From positions 16,988,001 through 17,052,000 of the forward strand of contig OZ059900.1 in NCBI GenBank assembly GCA_964057225.1: 64,000 bases of DNA, written 5' to 3'. The notes under the pieces were generated by a model. It worked only from the letters and a program-made list of their open reading frames with translations. It ran no database searches and was not told the DNA's origin. Positions 12,201-26,500 of the stretch are shown in pieces (position 1 is the stretch's first letter; the number at the start of each line of letters is the position of its first letter). Both the position numbers and the translations under genes were made by a program. The DNA is from Auanema rhodensis. Lineage: Eukaryota > Animalia > Nematoda.

Positions 12201-13680
12201 GGAAAACCAGTTTTTGGAAATTTCGCTGTAAACAAGGTTTTGACTTACGATTTCATGTGTTCAAACTCATGCAATGTCAATGAAACCTAGCTCAAAATTG
12301 TTCGTACAACGTCTAGTTCCACTTTCACGACAAAAAAACAGGGGTTAGAAAATTAAGGAAATTAGCATATTCTGAGGGCACGCCCCTTATGGCTAATATT
12401 GATTAAATCGATTTTTGTTCATATGAGTCGTCAAATGCAACGAATTTCAGCGTGTTACATACTAAAATGAAGCATTTTACATGCTGAACACTAGAAAAAT
12501 ACAAAAACACAGTATTTCCCATGAGAAATATTTTATTATGCTGGAAAACCAGTTTTTGAAAATTTCGCTGTAAACAAGGTTTTGACTTACGATTTCATGT
12601 GTTCAAACTCATGCAATGTCAATGAAACCTAGCTCAAAATTGTTCCTACAACGTCTAGTTCCACTTTCACGACAAAAAAACAGGGGTTAGAAAATTAAGG
12701 AAATTAGCATATTCTGAGGGCACGCCCTTTATGGCTAATATTGATTAAATCGATTTTTGTTCATATGAGTCGTCAAATGCAACGAATTTCAGCGTGTTAC
12801 ATACTAAAATGAAGCATTTTACATGCTGAACGCTAGAAAAATACAAAAACACAGTATTTCCCATGAGAAATATTTTATTATGCTGGAAAACCAGTTTTTG
12901 AAAATTTCGCTGTAAACAAGGTTTTGACTTACGATTTCATGTGTTCAAACTCATGCAATGTCAATGAAACCTAGCTCAAAATTGTTCCTACAACGTCTAG
13001 TTCCACTTTCACGACAAAAAAACAGGGGTTAGAAAATTAAGGAAATTAGCATATTCTGAGGGCACGCCCTTTATGGCTAATATTGATTAAATCGATTTTT
13101 GTTCATATGAGTCGTCAAATGCAACGAATTTCAGCGTGTTACATACTAAAATGAAGCATTTTACATGCTGAACACTAGAAAAATACAAAAACACAGTATT
13201 TCCCATGATAAATATTTTATTATGCTGGAAAACCAGTTTTTGAAAATTTCGCTGTAAACAAGGTTTTGACTTACGATTTCATGTGTTCAAACTCATGCAA
13301 TGTCAATGAAACCTAGCTCAAAATTGTTCCTACAACGTCTAGTTCCACTTTCACGACAAAAAAACAGGGGTTAGAAAATTAAGGAAATTAGCATATTCTG
13401 AGGGCACGCCCCTTATGGCTAATATTGATTAAATCGATTTTTGTTCATATGAGTCGTCAAATGCAACGAATTTCAGCGTGTTACATACTAAAATGAAGCA
13501 TTTTACATGCTGAACACTAGAAAAATACAAAAACACAGTATTTCCCATGAGAAATATTTTATTATGCTGGAAAACCAGTTTTTGGAAATTTCGCTGTAAA
13601 CAAGGTTTTGACTTACGATTTCATGTGTTCAAACTCATGCAATGTCAATGAAACCTAGCTCAAAATTGTTCCTACAACGT

Positions 13681-16600
13681 CTAGTTCCACTTTCACGACA
13701 AAAAAACAGGGGTTAGAAAATTAAGGAAATTAGCATATTCTGAGGGCACGCCCTTTATGGCTAATATTGATTAAATCGATTTTTGTTCATATGAGTCGTC
13801 AAATGCAACGAATTTCAGCGTGTTACATACTAAAATGAAGCATTTTACATGCTGAACACTAGAAAAATACAAAAACACAGTAATACCCATGAGAAATATT
13901 TTATTATGCTGGAAAACCAGTTTTTGGAAATTTCGCTGTAAACAAGGTTTTGACTTACGATTTCATGTGTTCAAACTCATGCAATGTCAATGAAACCTAG
14001 CTCAAAATTGTTCGTACAACGTCTAGTTCCACTTTCACGACAAAAAAACAGGGGTTAGAAAATTAAGGAAATTAGCATATTCTGAGGGCACGCCCCTTAT
14101 GGCTAATATTGATTAAATCGATTTTTGTTCATATGAGTCGTCAAATGCAACGAATTTCAGCGTGTTACATACTAAAATGAAGCATTTTACATGCTGAACA
14201 CTAGAAAAATACAAAAACACAGTAATACCCATGAGAAATATTTTATTATGCTGGAAAACCAGTTTTTGGAAATTTCGCTGTAAACAAGGTTTTGACTTAC
14301 GATTTCATGTGTTCAAACTCATGCAATGTCAATGAAACCTAGCTCAAAATTGTTCGTACAACGTCTAGTTCCACTTTCACGACAAAAAAACAGGGGTTAG
14401 AAAATTAAGGAAATTAGCATATTCTGAGGGCACGCCCCTTATGGCTAATATTGATTAAATCGATTTTTGTTCATATGAGTCGTCAAATGCAACGAATTTC
14501 AGCGTGTTACATACTAAAATGAAGCATTTTACATGCTGAACACTAGAAAAATACAAAAACACAGTAATACCCATGAGAAATATTTTATTATGCTGGAAAA
14601 CCAGTTTTTGGAAATTTCGCTGTAAACAAGGTTTTGACTTACGATTTCATGTGTTCAAACTCATGCAATGTCAATGAAACCTAGCTCAAAATTGTTAATA
14701 CAATGTCTAGTTCCACTTTCACGACAAAAAAACAGGGGTTAGAAAATTAAGGAAATTAGCATATTCTGAGGGCACGCCCCTTATGGCTAATATTGATTAA
14801 ATCGATTTTTGTTCATATGAGTCGTCAAATGCAACGAATTTCAGCGTGTTACATACTAAAATGAAGCATTTTACATGCTGAACACTAGAAAAATACAAAA
14901 ACACAGTATTTCCCAAGAGAAATATTTTATTATGCTGGAAAACCAGTTTTTGGAAATTTCGCTGTAAACAAGGTTTTGACTTACGATTTCATGTGTTCAA
15001 ACTCATGCAATGTCAATGAAACCCAGCTCAAAATTGTTCGTACAACGTCTAGTTCCACTTTCACGACAAAAAAACAGGGGTTAGAAAATTAAGGAAATTA
15101 GCATATTCTGAGGGCACGCCCCTTATGGCTAATATTGATTAAATCGATTTTTGTTCATATGAGTCGTCAAATGCAACGAATTTCAGCGTGTTACATACTA
15201 AAATGAAGCATTTTACATGCTGAACACTAGAAAAATACAAAAACACAGTATTTCCCATGAGAAATATTTTATTATGCTGGAAAACCAGTTTTTGGAAATT
15301 TCGCTGTAAACAAGATTTTGACTTACGATTTCATGTGTTCAAACTCATGCAATGTCAATGAAACCTAGCTCAAAATTGTTCGTACAACGTCTAGTTCCAC
15401 TTTCACGACAAAAAAACAGGGGTTAGAAAATTAAGGAAATTAGCATATTCTGAGGGCACGCCCCTTATGGCTAATATTGATTAAATCGATTTTTGTTCAT
15501 ATGAGTCGTCAAATGCAACGAATTTCAGCGTGTTACACACTAAAATGAAGCATTTTACATGCTGAACACTAGAAAAATACAAAAACACAGTATTTCCCAT
15601 GAGAAATATTTTATTATGCTGGAAAACCAGTTTTTGAAAATTTCGCTGTAAACAAGGTTTTGACTTACGATTTCATGTGTTCAAACTCATGCAATGTCAA
15701 TGAAACCTAGCTCAAAATTGTTCCTACAACGTCTAGTTCCACTTTCACGACAAAAAAACAGGGGTTAGAAAATTAAGGAAATTAGCATATTCTGAGGGCA
15801 CGCCCTTTATGGCTAATATTGATTAAATCGATTTTTGTTCATATGAGTCGTCAAATGCAACGAATTTCAGCGTGTTACATACTAAAATGAAGCATTTTAC
15901 ATGCTGAACACTAGAAAAATACAAAAACACAGTATTTCCCATGAGAAATATTTTATTATGCTGGAAAACCAGTTTTTGGAAATTTCGCTGTAAACAAGGT
16001 TTTGACTTACGATTTCATGTGTTCAAACTCATGCAATGTCAATGAAACCTAGCTCAAAATTGTTCGTACAACGTCTAGTTCCACTTTCACGACAAAAAAA
16101 CAGGGGTTAGAAAATTAAGGAAATTAGCATATTCTGAGGGCACGCCCCTTATGGCTAATATTGATTAAATCGATTTTTGTTCATATGAGTCGTCAAATGC
16201 AACGAATTTCAGCGTGTTACGTACTAAAATGAAGCATTTCACATGCTGAACACTAGAAAAATACAAAAACACAGTATTTCCCATGAGAAATATTTTATTA
16301 TGCTGGAAAACCAGTTTTTGGAAATTTCGCTGTAAACAAGGTTTTGACTTACGATTTCATGTGTTCAAACTCATGCAATGTCAATGAAACCTAGCTCAAA
16401 ATTGTTCGTACAACGTCTAGTTCCACTTTCACGACAAAAAAACAGGGGTTAGAAAATTAAGGAAATTAGCATATTCTGAGGGCACGCCCCTTATGGCTAA
16501 TATTGATTAAATCGATTTTTGTTCATATGAGTCGTCAAATGCAACGAATTTCAGCGTGTTACATACTAAAATGAAGCATTTTACATGCTGAACACTAGAA

Positions 16601-19600
16601 AAATACAAAAACACAGTAATACCCATGAGAAATATTTTATTATGCTGGAAAACCAGTTTTTGGAAATTTCGCTGTAAACAAGGTTTTGACTTACGATTTC
16701 ATGTGTTCAAACTCATGCAATGTCAATGAAACCTAGCTCAAAATTGTTAATACAATGTCTAGTTCCACTTTCACGACAAAAAAACAGGGGTTAGAAAATT
16801 AAGGAAATTAGCATATTCTGAGGGCACGCCCCTTATGGCTAATATTGATTAAATCGATTTTTGTTCATATGAGTCGTCAAATGCAACGAATTTCAGCGTG
16901 TTACATACTAAAATGAAGCATTTTACATGCTGAACACTAGAAAAATACAAAAACACAGTATTTCCCATGAGAAATATTTTATTATGCTGGAAAACCAGTT
17001 TTTGGAAATTTCGCTGTAAACAAGGTTTTGACTTACGATTTCATGTGTTCAAACTCATGCAATGTCAATGAAACCCAGCTCAAAATTGTTCGTACAACGT
17101 CTAGTTCCACTTTCACGACAAAAAAACAGGGGTTAGAAAATTAAGGAAATTAGCATATTCTGAGGGCACGCCCCTTATGGCTAATATTGATTAAATCGAT
17201 TTTTGTTCATATGAGTCGTCAAATGCAACGAATTTCAGCGTGTTACATACTAAAATGAAGCATTTTACATGCTGAACACTAGAAAAATACAAAAACACAG
17301 TATTTCCCATGAGAAATATTTTATTATGCTGGAAAACCAGTTTTTGGAAATTTCGCTGTAAACAAGGTTTTGACTTACGATTTCATGTGTTCAAACTCAT
17401 GCAATGTCAATGAAACCTAGCTCAAAATTGTTCCTACAACGTCTAGTTCCACTTTCACGACAAAAAAACAGGGGTTAGAAAATTAAGGAAATTAGCATAT
17501 TCTGAGGGCACGCCCCTTATGGCTAATATTGATTAAATCGATTTTTGTTCATATGAGTCGTCAAATGCAACGAATTTCAGCGTGTTACATACTAAAATGA
17601 AGCATTTTACATGCTGAACACTAGAAAAATACAAAAACACAGTAATACCCATGAGAAATATTTTATTATGCTGGAAAACCAGTTTTTGGAAATTTCGCTG
17701 TAAACAAGGTTTTGACTTACGATTTCATGTGTTCAAACTCATGCAATGTCAATGAAACCTAGCTCAAAATTGTTAATACAATGTCTAGTTCCACTTTCAC
17801 GACAAAAAAACAGGGGTTAGAAAATTAAGGAAATTAGCATATTCTGAGGGCACGCCCCTTATGGCTAATATTGATTAAATCGATTTTTGTTCATATGAGT
17901 CGTCAAATGCAACGAATTTCAGCGTGTTACATACTAAAATGAAGCATTTTACATGCTGAACACTAGAAAAATACAAAAACACAGTATTTCCCATGAGAAA
18001 TATTTTATTATGCTGGAAAACCAGTTTTTGGAAATTTCGCTGTAAACAAGGTTTTGACTTACGATTTCATGTGTTCAAACTCATGCAATGTCAATGAAAC
18101 CCAGCTCAAAATTGTTCGTACAACGTCTAGTTCCACTTTCACGACAAAAAAACAGGGGTTAGAAAATTAAGGAAATTAGCATATTCTGAGGGCACGCCCC
18201 TTATGGCTAATATTGATTAAATCGATTTTTGTTCATATGAGTCGTCAAATGCAACGAATTTCAGCGTGTTACATACTAAAATGAAGCATTTTACATGCTG
18301 AACACTAGAAAAATACAAAAACACAGTATTTCCCATGAGAAATATTTTATTATGCTGGAAAACCAGTTTTTGGAAATTTCGCTGTAAACAAGATTTTGAC
18401 TTACGATTTCATGTGTTCAAACTCATGCAATGTCAATGAAACCTAGCTCAAAATTGTTCGTACAACGTCTAGTTCCACTTTCACGACAAAAAAACAGGGG
18501 TTAGAAAATTAAGGAAATTAGCATATTCTGAGGGCACGCCCCTTATGGCTAATATTGATTAAATCGATTTTTGTTCATATGAGTCGTCAAATGCAACGAA
18601 TTTCAGCGTGTTACACACTAAAATGAAGCATTTTACATGCTGAACACTAGAAAAATACAAAAACACAGTATTTCCCATGAGAAATATTTTATTATGCTGG
18701 AAAACCAGTTTTTGAAAATTTCGCTGTAAACAAGGTTTTGACTTACGATTTCATGTGTTCAAACTCATGCAATGTCAATGAAACCTAGCTCAAAATTGTT
18801 CCTACAACGTCTAGTTCCACTTTCACGACAAAAAAACAGGGGTTAGAAAATTAAGGAAATTAGCATATTCTGAGGGCACGCCCTTTATGGCTAATATTGA
18901 TTAAATCGATTTTTGTTCATATGAGTCGTCAAATGCAACGAATTTCAGCGTGTTACATACTAAAATGAAGCATTTTACATGCTGAACACTAGAAAAATAC
19001 AAAAACACAGTATTTCCCATGAGAAATATTTTATTATGCTGGAAAACCAGTTTTTGGAAATTTCGCTGTAAACAAGGTTTTGACTTACGATTTCATGTGT
19101 TCAAACTCATGCAATGTCAATGAAACCTAGCTCAAAATTGTTCGTACAACGTCTAGTTCCACTTTCACGACAAAAAAACAGGGGTTAGAAAATTAAGGAA
19201 ATTAGCATATTCTGAGGGCACGCCCCTTATGGCTAATATTGATTAAATCGATTTTTGTTCATATGAGTCGTCAAATGCAACGAATTTCAGCGTGTTACAT
19301 ACTGAAATGAAGCATTTTACATGCTGAACACTAGAAAAATACAAAAACACAGTATTTCCCATGAGAAATATTTTATTATGCTGGAAAACCAGTTTTTGGA
19401 AATTTCGCTGTAAACAAGATTTTGACTTACGATTTCATGTGTTCAAACTCATGCAATGTCAATGAAACCTAGCTCAAAATTGTTCGTACAACGTCTAGTT
19501 CCACTTTCACGACAAAAAAACAGGGGTTAGAAAATTAAGGAAATTAGCATATTCTGAGGGCACGCCCCTTATGGCTAATATTGATTAAATCGATTTTTGT

Positions 19601-20520
19601 TCATATGAGTCGTCAAATGCAACGAATTTCAGCGTGTTACACACTAAAATGAAGCATTTTACATGCTGAACACTAGAAAAATACAAAAACACAGTATTTC
19701 CCATGAGAAATATTTTATTATGCTGGAAAACCAGTTTTTGAAAATTTCGCTGTAAACAAGGTTTTGACTTACGATTTCATGTGTTCAAACTCATGCAATG
19801 TCAATGAAACCTAGCTCAAAATTGTTCCTACAACGTCTAGTTCCACTTTCACGACAAAAAAACAGGGGTTAGAAAATTAAGGAAATTAGCATATTCTGAG
19901 GGCACGCCCTTTATGGCTAATATTGATTAAATCGATTTTTGTTCATATGAGTCGTCAAATGCAACGAATTTCAGCGTGTTACATACTAAAATGAAGCATT
20001 TTACATGCTGAACACTAGAAAAATACAAAAACACAGTATTTCCCATGAGAAATATTTTATTATGCTGGAAAACCAGTTTTTGGAAATTTCGCTGTAAACA
20101 AGGTTTTGACTTACGATTTCATGTGTTCAAACTCATGCAATGTCAATGAAACCTAGCTCAAAATTGTTCGTACAACGTCTAGTTCCACTTTCACGACAAA
20201 AAAACAGGGGTTAGAAAATTAAGGAAATTAGCATATTCTGAGGGCACGCCCCTTATGGCTAATATTGATTAAATCGATTTTTGTTCATATGAGTCGTCAA
20301 ATGCAACGAATTTCAGCGTGTTACGTACTAAAATGAAGCATTTCACATGCTGAACACTAGAAAAATACAAAAACACAGTATTTCCCATGAGAAATATTTT
20401 ATTATGCTGGAAAACCAGTTTTTGGAAATTTCGCTGTAAACAAGGTTTTGACTTACGATTTCATGTGTTCAAACTCATGCAATGTCAATGAAACCTAGCT
20501 CAAAATTGTTCGTACAACGT
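13681..20520. repeat. Satellite sub-domain B (monomers 41-60): short 3-9-monomer duplications, marked by p148C
   Basis: The trio [p267A][p148C,p247A,p334C][p74T] occurs at monomers 45-47, 54-56 and 57-59. p148C (TACACAC) was seen only here. Confidence 0.8.
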
Positions 20521-23500
20521 CTAGTTCCACTTTCACGACAAAAAAACAGGGGTTAGAAAATTAAGGAAATTAGCATATTCTGAGGGCACGCCCCTTATGG
20601 CTAATATTGATTAAATCGATTTTTGTTCATATGAGTCGTCAAATGCAACGAATTTCAGCGTGTTACATACTAAAATGAAGCTTTTTGTATGCTGAACACT
20701 AGAAAAATACAAAAACATAGTATTTCCCATGAGAAATATTTTATTATGCTGGAAAACCAGTTTTTGGAAATTTCGCTGTAAACAAGGTTTTGACTTACGA
20801 TTTCATGTGTTCAAACTCATGCAATGTCAATGAAACCTAGCTCAAAATTGTTCCTACAACGTCTAGTTCCACTTTCACGACAAAAAAACAGGGGTTAGAA
20901 AATTAAGGAAATTAGCATATTCTGAGGGCACGCCCTTTATGGCTAATATTGATTAAATCGATTTTTGTTCATATGAGTCGTCAAATGCAACGAATTTCAG
21001 CGTGTTACATACTAAAATGAAGCATTTTACATGCTGAACACTAGAAAAATACAAAAACACAGTATTTCCCATGAGAAATATTTTATTATGCTGGAAAACC
21101 AGTTTTTGGAAATTTCGCTGTAAACAAGGTTTTGACTTACGATTTCATGTGTTCAAACTCATGCAATGTCAATGAAACCTAGCTCAAAATTGTTCGTACA
21201 ACGTCTAGTTCCACTTTCACGACAAAAAAACAGGGGTTAGAAAATTAAGGAAATTAGCATATTCTGAGGGCACGCCCCTTATGGCTAATATTGATTAAAT
21301 CGATTTTTGTTCATATGAGTCGTCAAATGCAACGAATTTCAGCGTGTCACATACTAAAATGAAGCATTTTACATGCTGAACGCTGGAAAAAAACAAAAAC
21401 ACAGTATTTCCCATGAGAAATATTTTATTATGCTGGAAAACCAGTTTTTGGAAATTTCGCTGTAAACAAGGTTTTGACTTACGATTTCATGTGTTCAAAC
21501 TCATGCAATGTCAATGAAACCTAGCTCAAAATTGTTCCTACAACGTCTAGTTCCACTTTCACGACAAAAAAACAGGGGTTAGAAAATTAAGGAAATTAGC
21601 ATATTCTGAGGGCACGCCCTTTATGGCTAATATTGATTAAATCGATTTTTGTTCATATGAGTCGTCAAATGCAACGAATTTCAGCGTGTTACATACTAAA
21701 ATGAAGCATTTTACATGCTGAACGCTAGAAAAATACAAAAACACAGTATTTCCCATGAGAAATATTTTATTATGCTGGAAAACCAGTTTTTGGAAATTTC
21801 GCTGTAAACAAGGTTCTGACTTACGATTTCATGTGTTCAAACTCATGCAATGTCAATGAAACCTAGCTCAAAATTGTTACTACAACGTCTAGTTCCACTT
21901 TCACGACAAAAAAACAGGGGTTAGAAAATTAAGGAAATTAGCATATTCTGAGGGCACGCCCCTTATGGCTAATATTGATTAAATCGATTTTTGTTCATAT
22001 GAGTCGTCAAATGCAACGAATTTCAGCGTGTTACATACTAAAATGAAGCATTTTACATGCTGAACACTAGAAAAATACAAAAACACAGTATTTCCCATGA
22101 GAAATATTTTATTATGCTGGAAAACCAGTTTTTGGAAATTTCGCTGTAAACAAGGTTTTGACTTACGATTTCATGTGTTCAAACTCATGCAATGTCAATG
22201 AAACCTAGCTCAAAATTGTTCGTACAACGTCTAGTTCCACTTTCACGACAAAAAAACAGGGGTTAGAAAATTAAGGAAATTAGCATATTCTGAGGGCACG
22301 CCCCTTATGGCTAATATTGATTAAATCGATTTTTGTTCATATGAGTCGTCAAATGCAACGAATTTCAGCGTGTCACATACTAAAATGAAGCATTTTACAT
22401 GCTGAACGCTAGAAAAATACAAAAACACAGTATTTCCCATGAGAAATATTTTATTATGCTGGAAAACCAGTTTTTGGAAATTTCGCTGTAAACAAGGTTT
22501 TGACTTACGATTTCATGTGTTTAAACTCATGCAATGTCAATGAAACCTAGCTCAAAATTGTTCCTACAACGTCTAGTTCCACTTTCACGACAAAAAAACA
22601 GGGGTTAGAAAATTAAGGAAATTAGCATATTCTGAGAGCACGCCCTTTATGGCTAATATTGATTAAATCGATTTTTGTTCATATGAGTCGTCAAATGCAA
22701 CGAATTTCAGCGTGTTACATACTAAAATGAAGCATTTTACATGCTGAACACTAGAAAAATACAAAAACATAGTATTTCCCATGAGAAATATTTTATTATG
22801 CTGGAAAACCAGTTTTTGGAAATTTCGCTGTAAACAAGGTTTTGACTTACGATTTCATGTGTTCAAACTCATGCAATGTCAATGAAACCTAGCTCAAAAT
22901 TGTTCCTACAACGTCTAGTTCCACTTTCACGACAAAAAAACAGGGGTTAGAAAATTAAGGAAATTAGCATATTCTGAGGGCACGCCCTTTATGGCTAATA
23001 TTGATTAAATCGATTTTTGTTCATATGAGTCGTCAAATGCAACGAATTTCAGCGTGTTACATACTAAAATGAAGCATTTTACATGCTGAACACTAGAAAA
23101 ATACAAAAACATAGTATTTCCCATGAGAAATATTTTATTATGCTGGAAAACCAGTTTTTGGAAATTTCGCTGTAAACAAGGTTTTGACTTACGATTTCAT
23201 GTGTTCAAACTCATGCAATGTCAATGAAACCTAGCTCAAAATTATTCCTACAACGTCTAGTTCCACTTTCACGACAAAAAAACAGGGGTTAGAAAATTAA
23301 GGAAATTAGCATATTCTGAGGGCACGCCCCTTATGGCTAATATTGATTAAATCGATTTTTGTTCATATGAGTCGTCAAATGCAACGAATTTCAGCGTGTC
23401 ACATACTAAAATGAAGCATTTTACATGCTGAACGCTGGAAAAATACAAAAACACAGTATTTCCCATGAGAAATATTTTATTATGCTGGAAAACCAGTTTT

Positions 23501-26500
23501 TGGAAATTTCGCTGTAAACAAGGTTTTGACTTACGATTTCATGTGTTCAAACTCATGCAATGTCAATGAAACCTAGCTCAAAATTGTTCCTACAACGTCT
23601 AGTTCCACTTTCACGACAAAAAAACAGGGGTTAGAAAATTAAGGAAATTAGCATATTCTGAGGGCACGCCCCTTATGGCTAATATTGATTAAATCGATTT
23701 TTGTTCATATGAGTCGTCAAATGCAACGAATTTCAGCGTGTCACATACTAAAATGAAGCATTTTACATGCTGAACGCTGGAAAAATACAAAAACACAGTA
23801 TTTCCCATGAGAAATATTTTATTATGCTGGAAAACCAGTTTTTGGAAATTTCGCTGTAAACAAGGTTTTGACTTACGATTTCATGTGTTCAAACTCATGC
23901 AATGTCAATGAAACCTAGCTCAAAATTGTTCCTACAACGTCTAGTTCCACTTTCACGACAAAAAAACAGGGGTTAGAAAATTAAGGAAATTAGCATATTC
24001 TGAGGGCACGCCCTTTATGGCTAATATTGATTAAATCGATTTTTGTTCATATGAGTCGTCAAATGCAACGAATTTCAGCGTGTTACATACTAAAATGAAG
24101 CATTTTACATGCTGAACGCTAGAAAAATACAAAAACACAGTATTTCCCATGAGAAATATTTTATTATGCTGGAAAACCAGTTTTTGGAAATTTCGCTGTA
24201 AACAAGGTTTTGACTTACGATTTCATGTGTTCAAACTCATGCAATGTCAATGAAACCTAGCTCAAAATTGTTCCTACAACGTCTAGTTCCACTTTCACGA
24301 CAAAAAAACAGGGGTTAGAAAATTAAGGAAATTAGCATATTCTGAGGGCACGCCCCTTATGGCTAATATTGATTAAATCGATTTTTGTTCATATGAGTCG
24401 TCAAATGCAACGAATTTCAGCGTGTTACATACTAAAATGAAGCATTTTACATGCTGAACACTAGAAAAATACAAAAACACAGTATTTCCCATGAGAAATA
24501 TTTTATTATGCTGGAAAACCAGTTTTTGGAAATTTCGCTGTAAACAAGGTTTTGACTTACGATTTCATGTGTTCAAACTCATGCAATGTCAATGAAACCT
24601 AGCTCAAAATTGTTCGTACAACGTCTAGTTCCACTTTCACGACAAAAAAACAGGGGTTAGAAAATTAAGGAAATTAGCATATTCTGAGGGCACGCCCCTT
24701 ATGGCTAATATTGATTAAATCGATTTTTGTTCATATGAGTCGTCAAATGCAACGAATTTCAGCGTGTCACATACTAAAATGAAGCATTTTACATGCTGAA
24801 CGCTAGAAAAATACAAAAACACAGTATTTCCCATGAGAAATATTTTATTATGCTGGAAAACCAGTTTTTGGAAATTTCGCTGTAAACAAGGTTTTGACTT
24901 ACGATTTCATGTGTTTAAACTCATGCAATGTCAATGAAACCTAGCTCAAAATTGTTCCTACAACGTCTAGTTCCACTTTCACGACAAAAAAACAGGGGTT
25001 AGAAAATTAAGGAAATTAGCATATTCTGAGAGCACGCCCTTTATGGCTAATATTGATTAAATCGATTTTTGTTCATATGAGTCGTCAAATGCAACGAATT
25101 TCAGCGTGTTACATACTAAAATGAAGCATTTTACATGCTGAACACTAGAAAAATACAAAAACATAGTATTTCCCATGAGAAATATTTTATTATGCTGGAA
25201 AACCAGTTTTTGGAAATTTCGCTGTAAACAAGGTTTTGACTTACGATTTCATGTGTTCAAACTCATGCAATGTCAATGAAACCTAGCTCAAAATTGTTCC
25301 TACAACGTCTAGTTCCACTTTCACGACAAAAAAACAGGGGTTAGAAAATTAAGGAAATTAGCATATTCTGAGGGCACGCCCTTTATGGCTAATATTGATT
25401 AAATCGATTTTTGTTCATATGAGTCGTCAAATGCAACGAATTTCAGCGTGTTACATACTAAAATGAAGCATTTTACATGCTGAACACTAGAAAAATACAA
25501 AAACATAGTATTTCCCATGAGAAATATTTTATTATGCTGGAAAACCAGTTTTTGGAAATTTCGCTGTAAACAAGGTTTTGACTTACGATTTCATGTGTTC
25601 AAACTCATGCAATGTCAATGAAACCTAGCTCAAAATTGTTCCTACAACGTCTAGTTCCACTTTCACGACAAAAAAACAGGGGTTAGAAAATTAAGGAAAT
25701 TAGCATATTCTGAGGGCACGCCCTTTATGGCTAATATTGATTAAATCGATTTTTGTTCATATGAGTCGTCAAATGCAACGATTTTCAGCGTGTTACATAC
25801 TAAAATGAAGCATTTTACATGCTGAACACTAGAAAAATACAAAAACACAGTATTTCCCATGAGAAATATTTTATTATGCTGGAAAACCAGTTTTTGGAAA
25901 TTTCGCTGTAAACAAGGTTTTGACTTACGATTTCATGTGTTCAAACTCATGCAATGTCAATGAAACCTAGCTCAAAATTGTTCGTACAACGTCTAGTTCC
26001 ACTTTCACGACAAAAAAACAGGGGTTAGAAAATTAAGGAAATTAGCATATTCTGAGGGCACGCCCCTTATGGCTAATATTGATTAAATCGATTTTTGTTC
26101 ATATGAGTCGTCAAATGCAACGAATTTCAGCGTGTCACATACTAAAATGAAGCATTTTACATGCTGAACGCTAGAAAAATACAAAAACACAGTATTTCCC
26201 ATGAGAAATATTTTATTATGCTGGAAAACCAGTTTTTGGAAATTTCGCTGTAAACAAGGTTTTGACTTACGATTTCATGTGTTCAAACTCATGCAATGTC
26301 AATGAAACCTAGCTCAAAATTGTTCCTACAACGTCTAGTTCCACTTTCACGACAAAAAAACAGGGGTTAGAAAATTAAGGAAATTAGCATATTCTGAGGG
26401 CACGCCCTTTATGGCTAATATTGATTAAATCGATTTTTGTTCATATGAGTCGTCAAATGCAACGAATTTCAGCGTGTTACATACTAAAATGAAGCATTTT

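Larger units (their letters stand above)
1..13671. repeat. 22-monomer (7524-bp) higher-order duplication: 1-~6147 repeated at 7525-~13671
   Basis: The variant strings of monomers 1-17 and 23-39 match. Private variants p218T (2612, 10136) and p213T (5685, 13209) are each exactly 7524 bp apart. The match ends at p334 of monomers 18 and 40. Confidence 0.92.
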
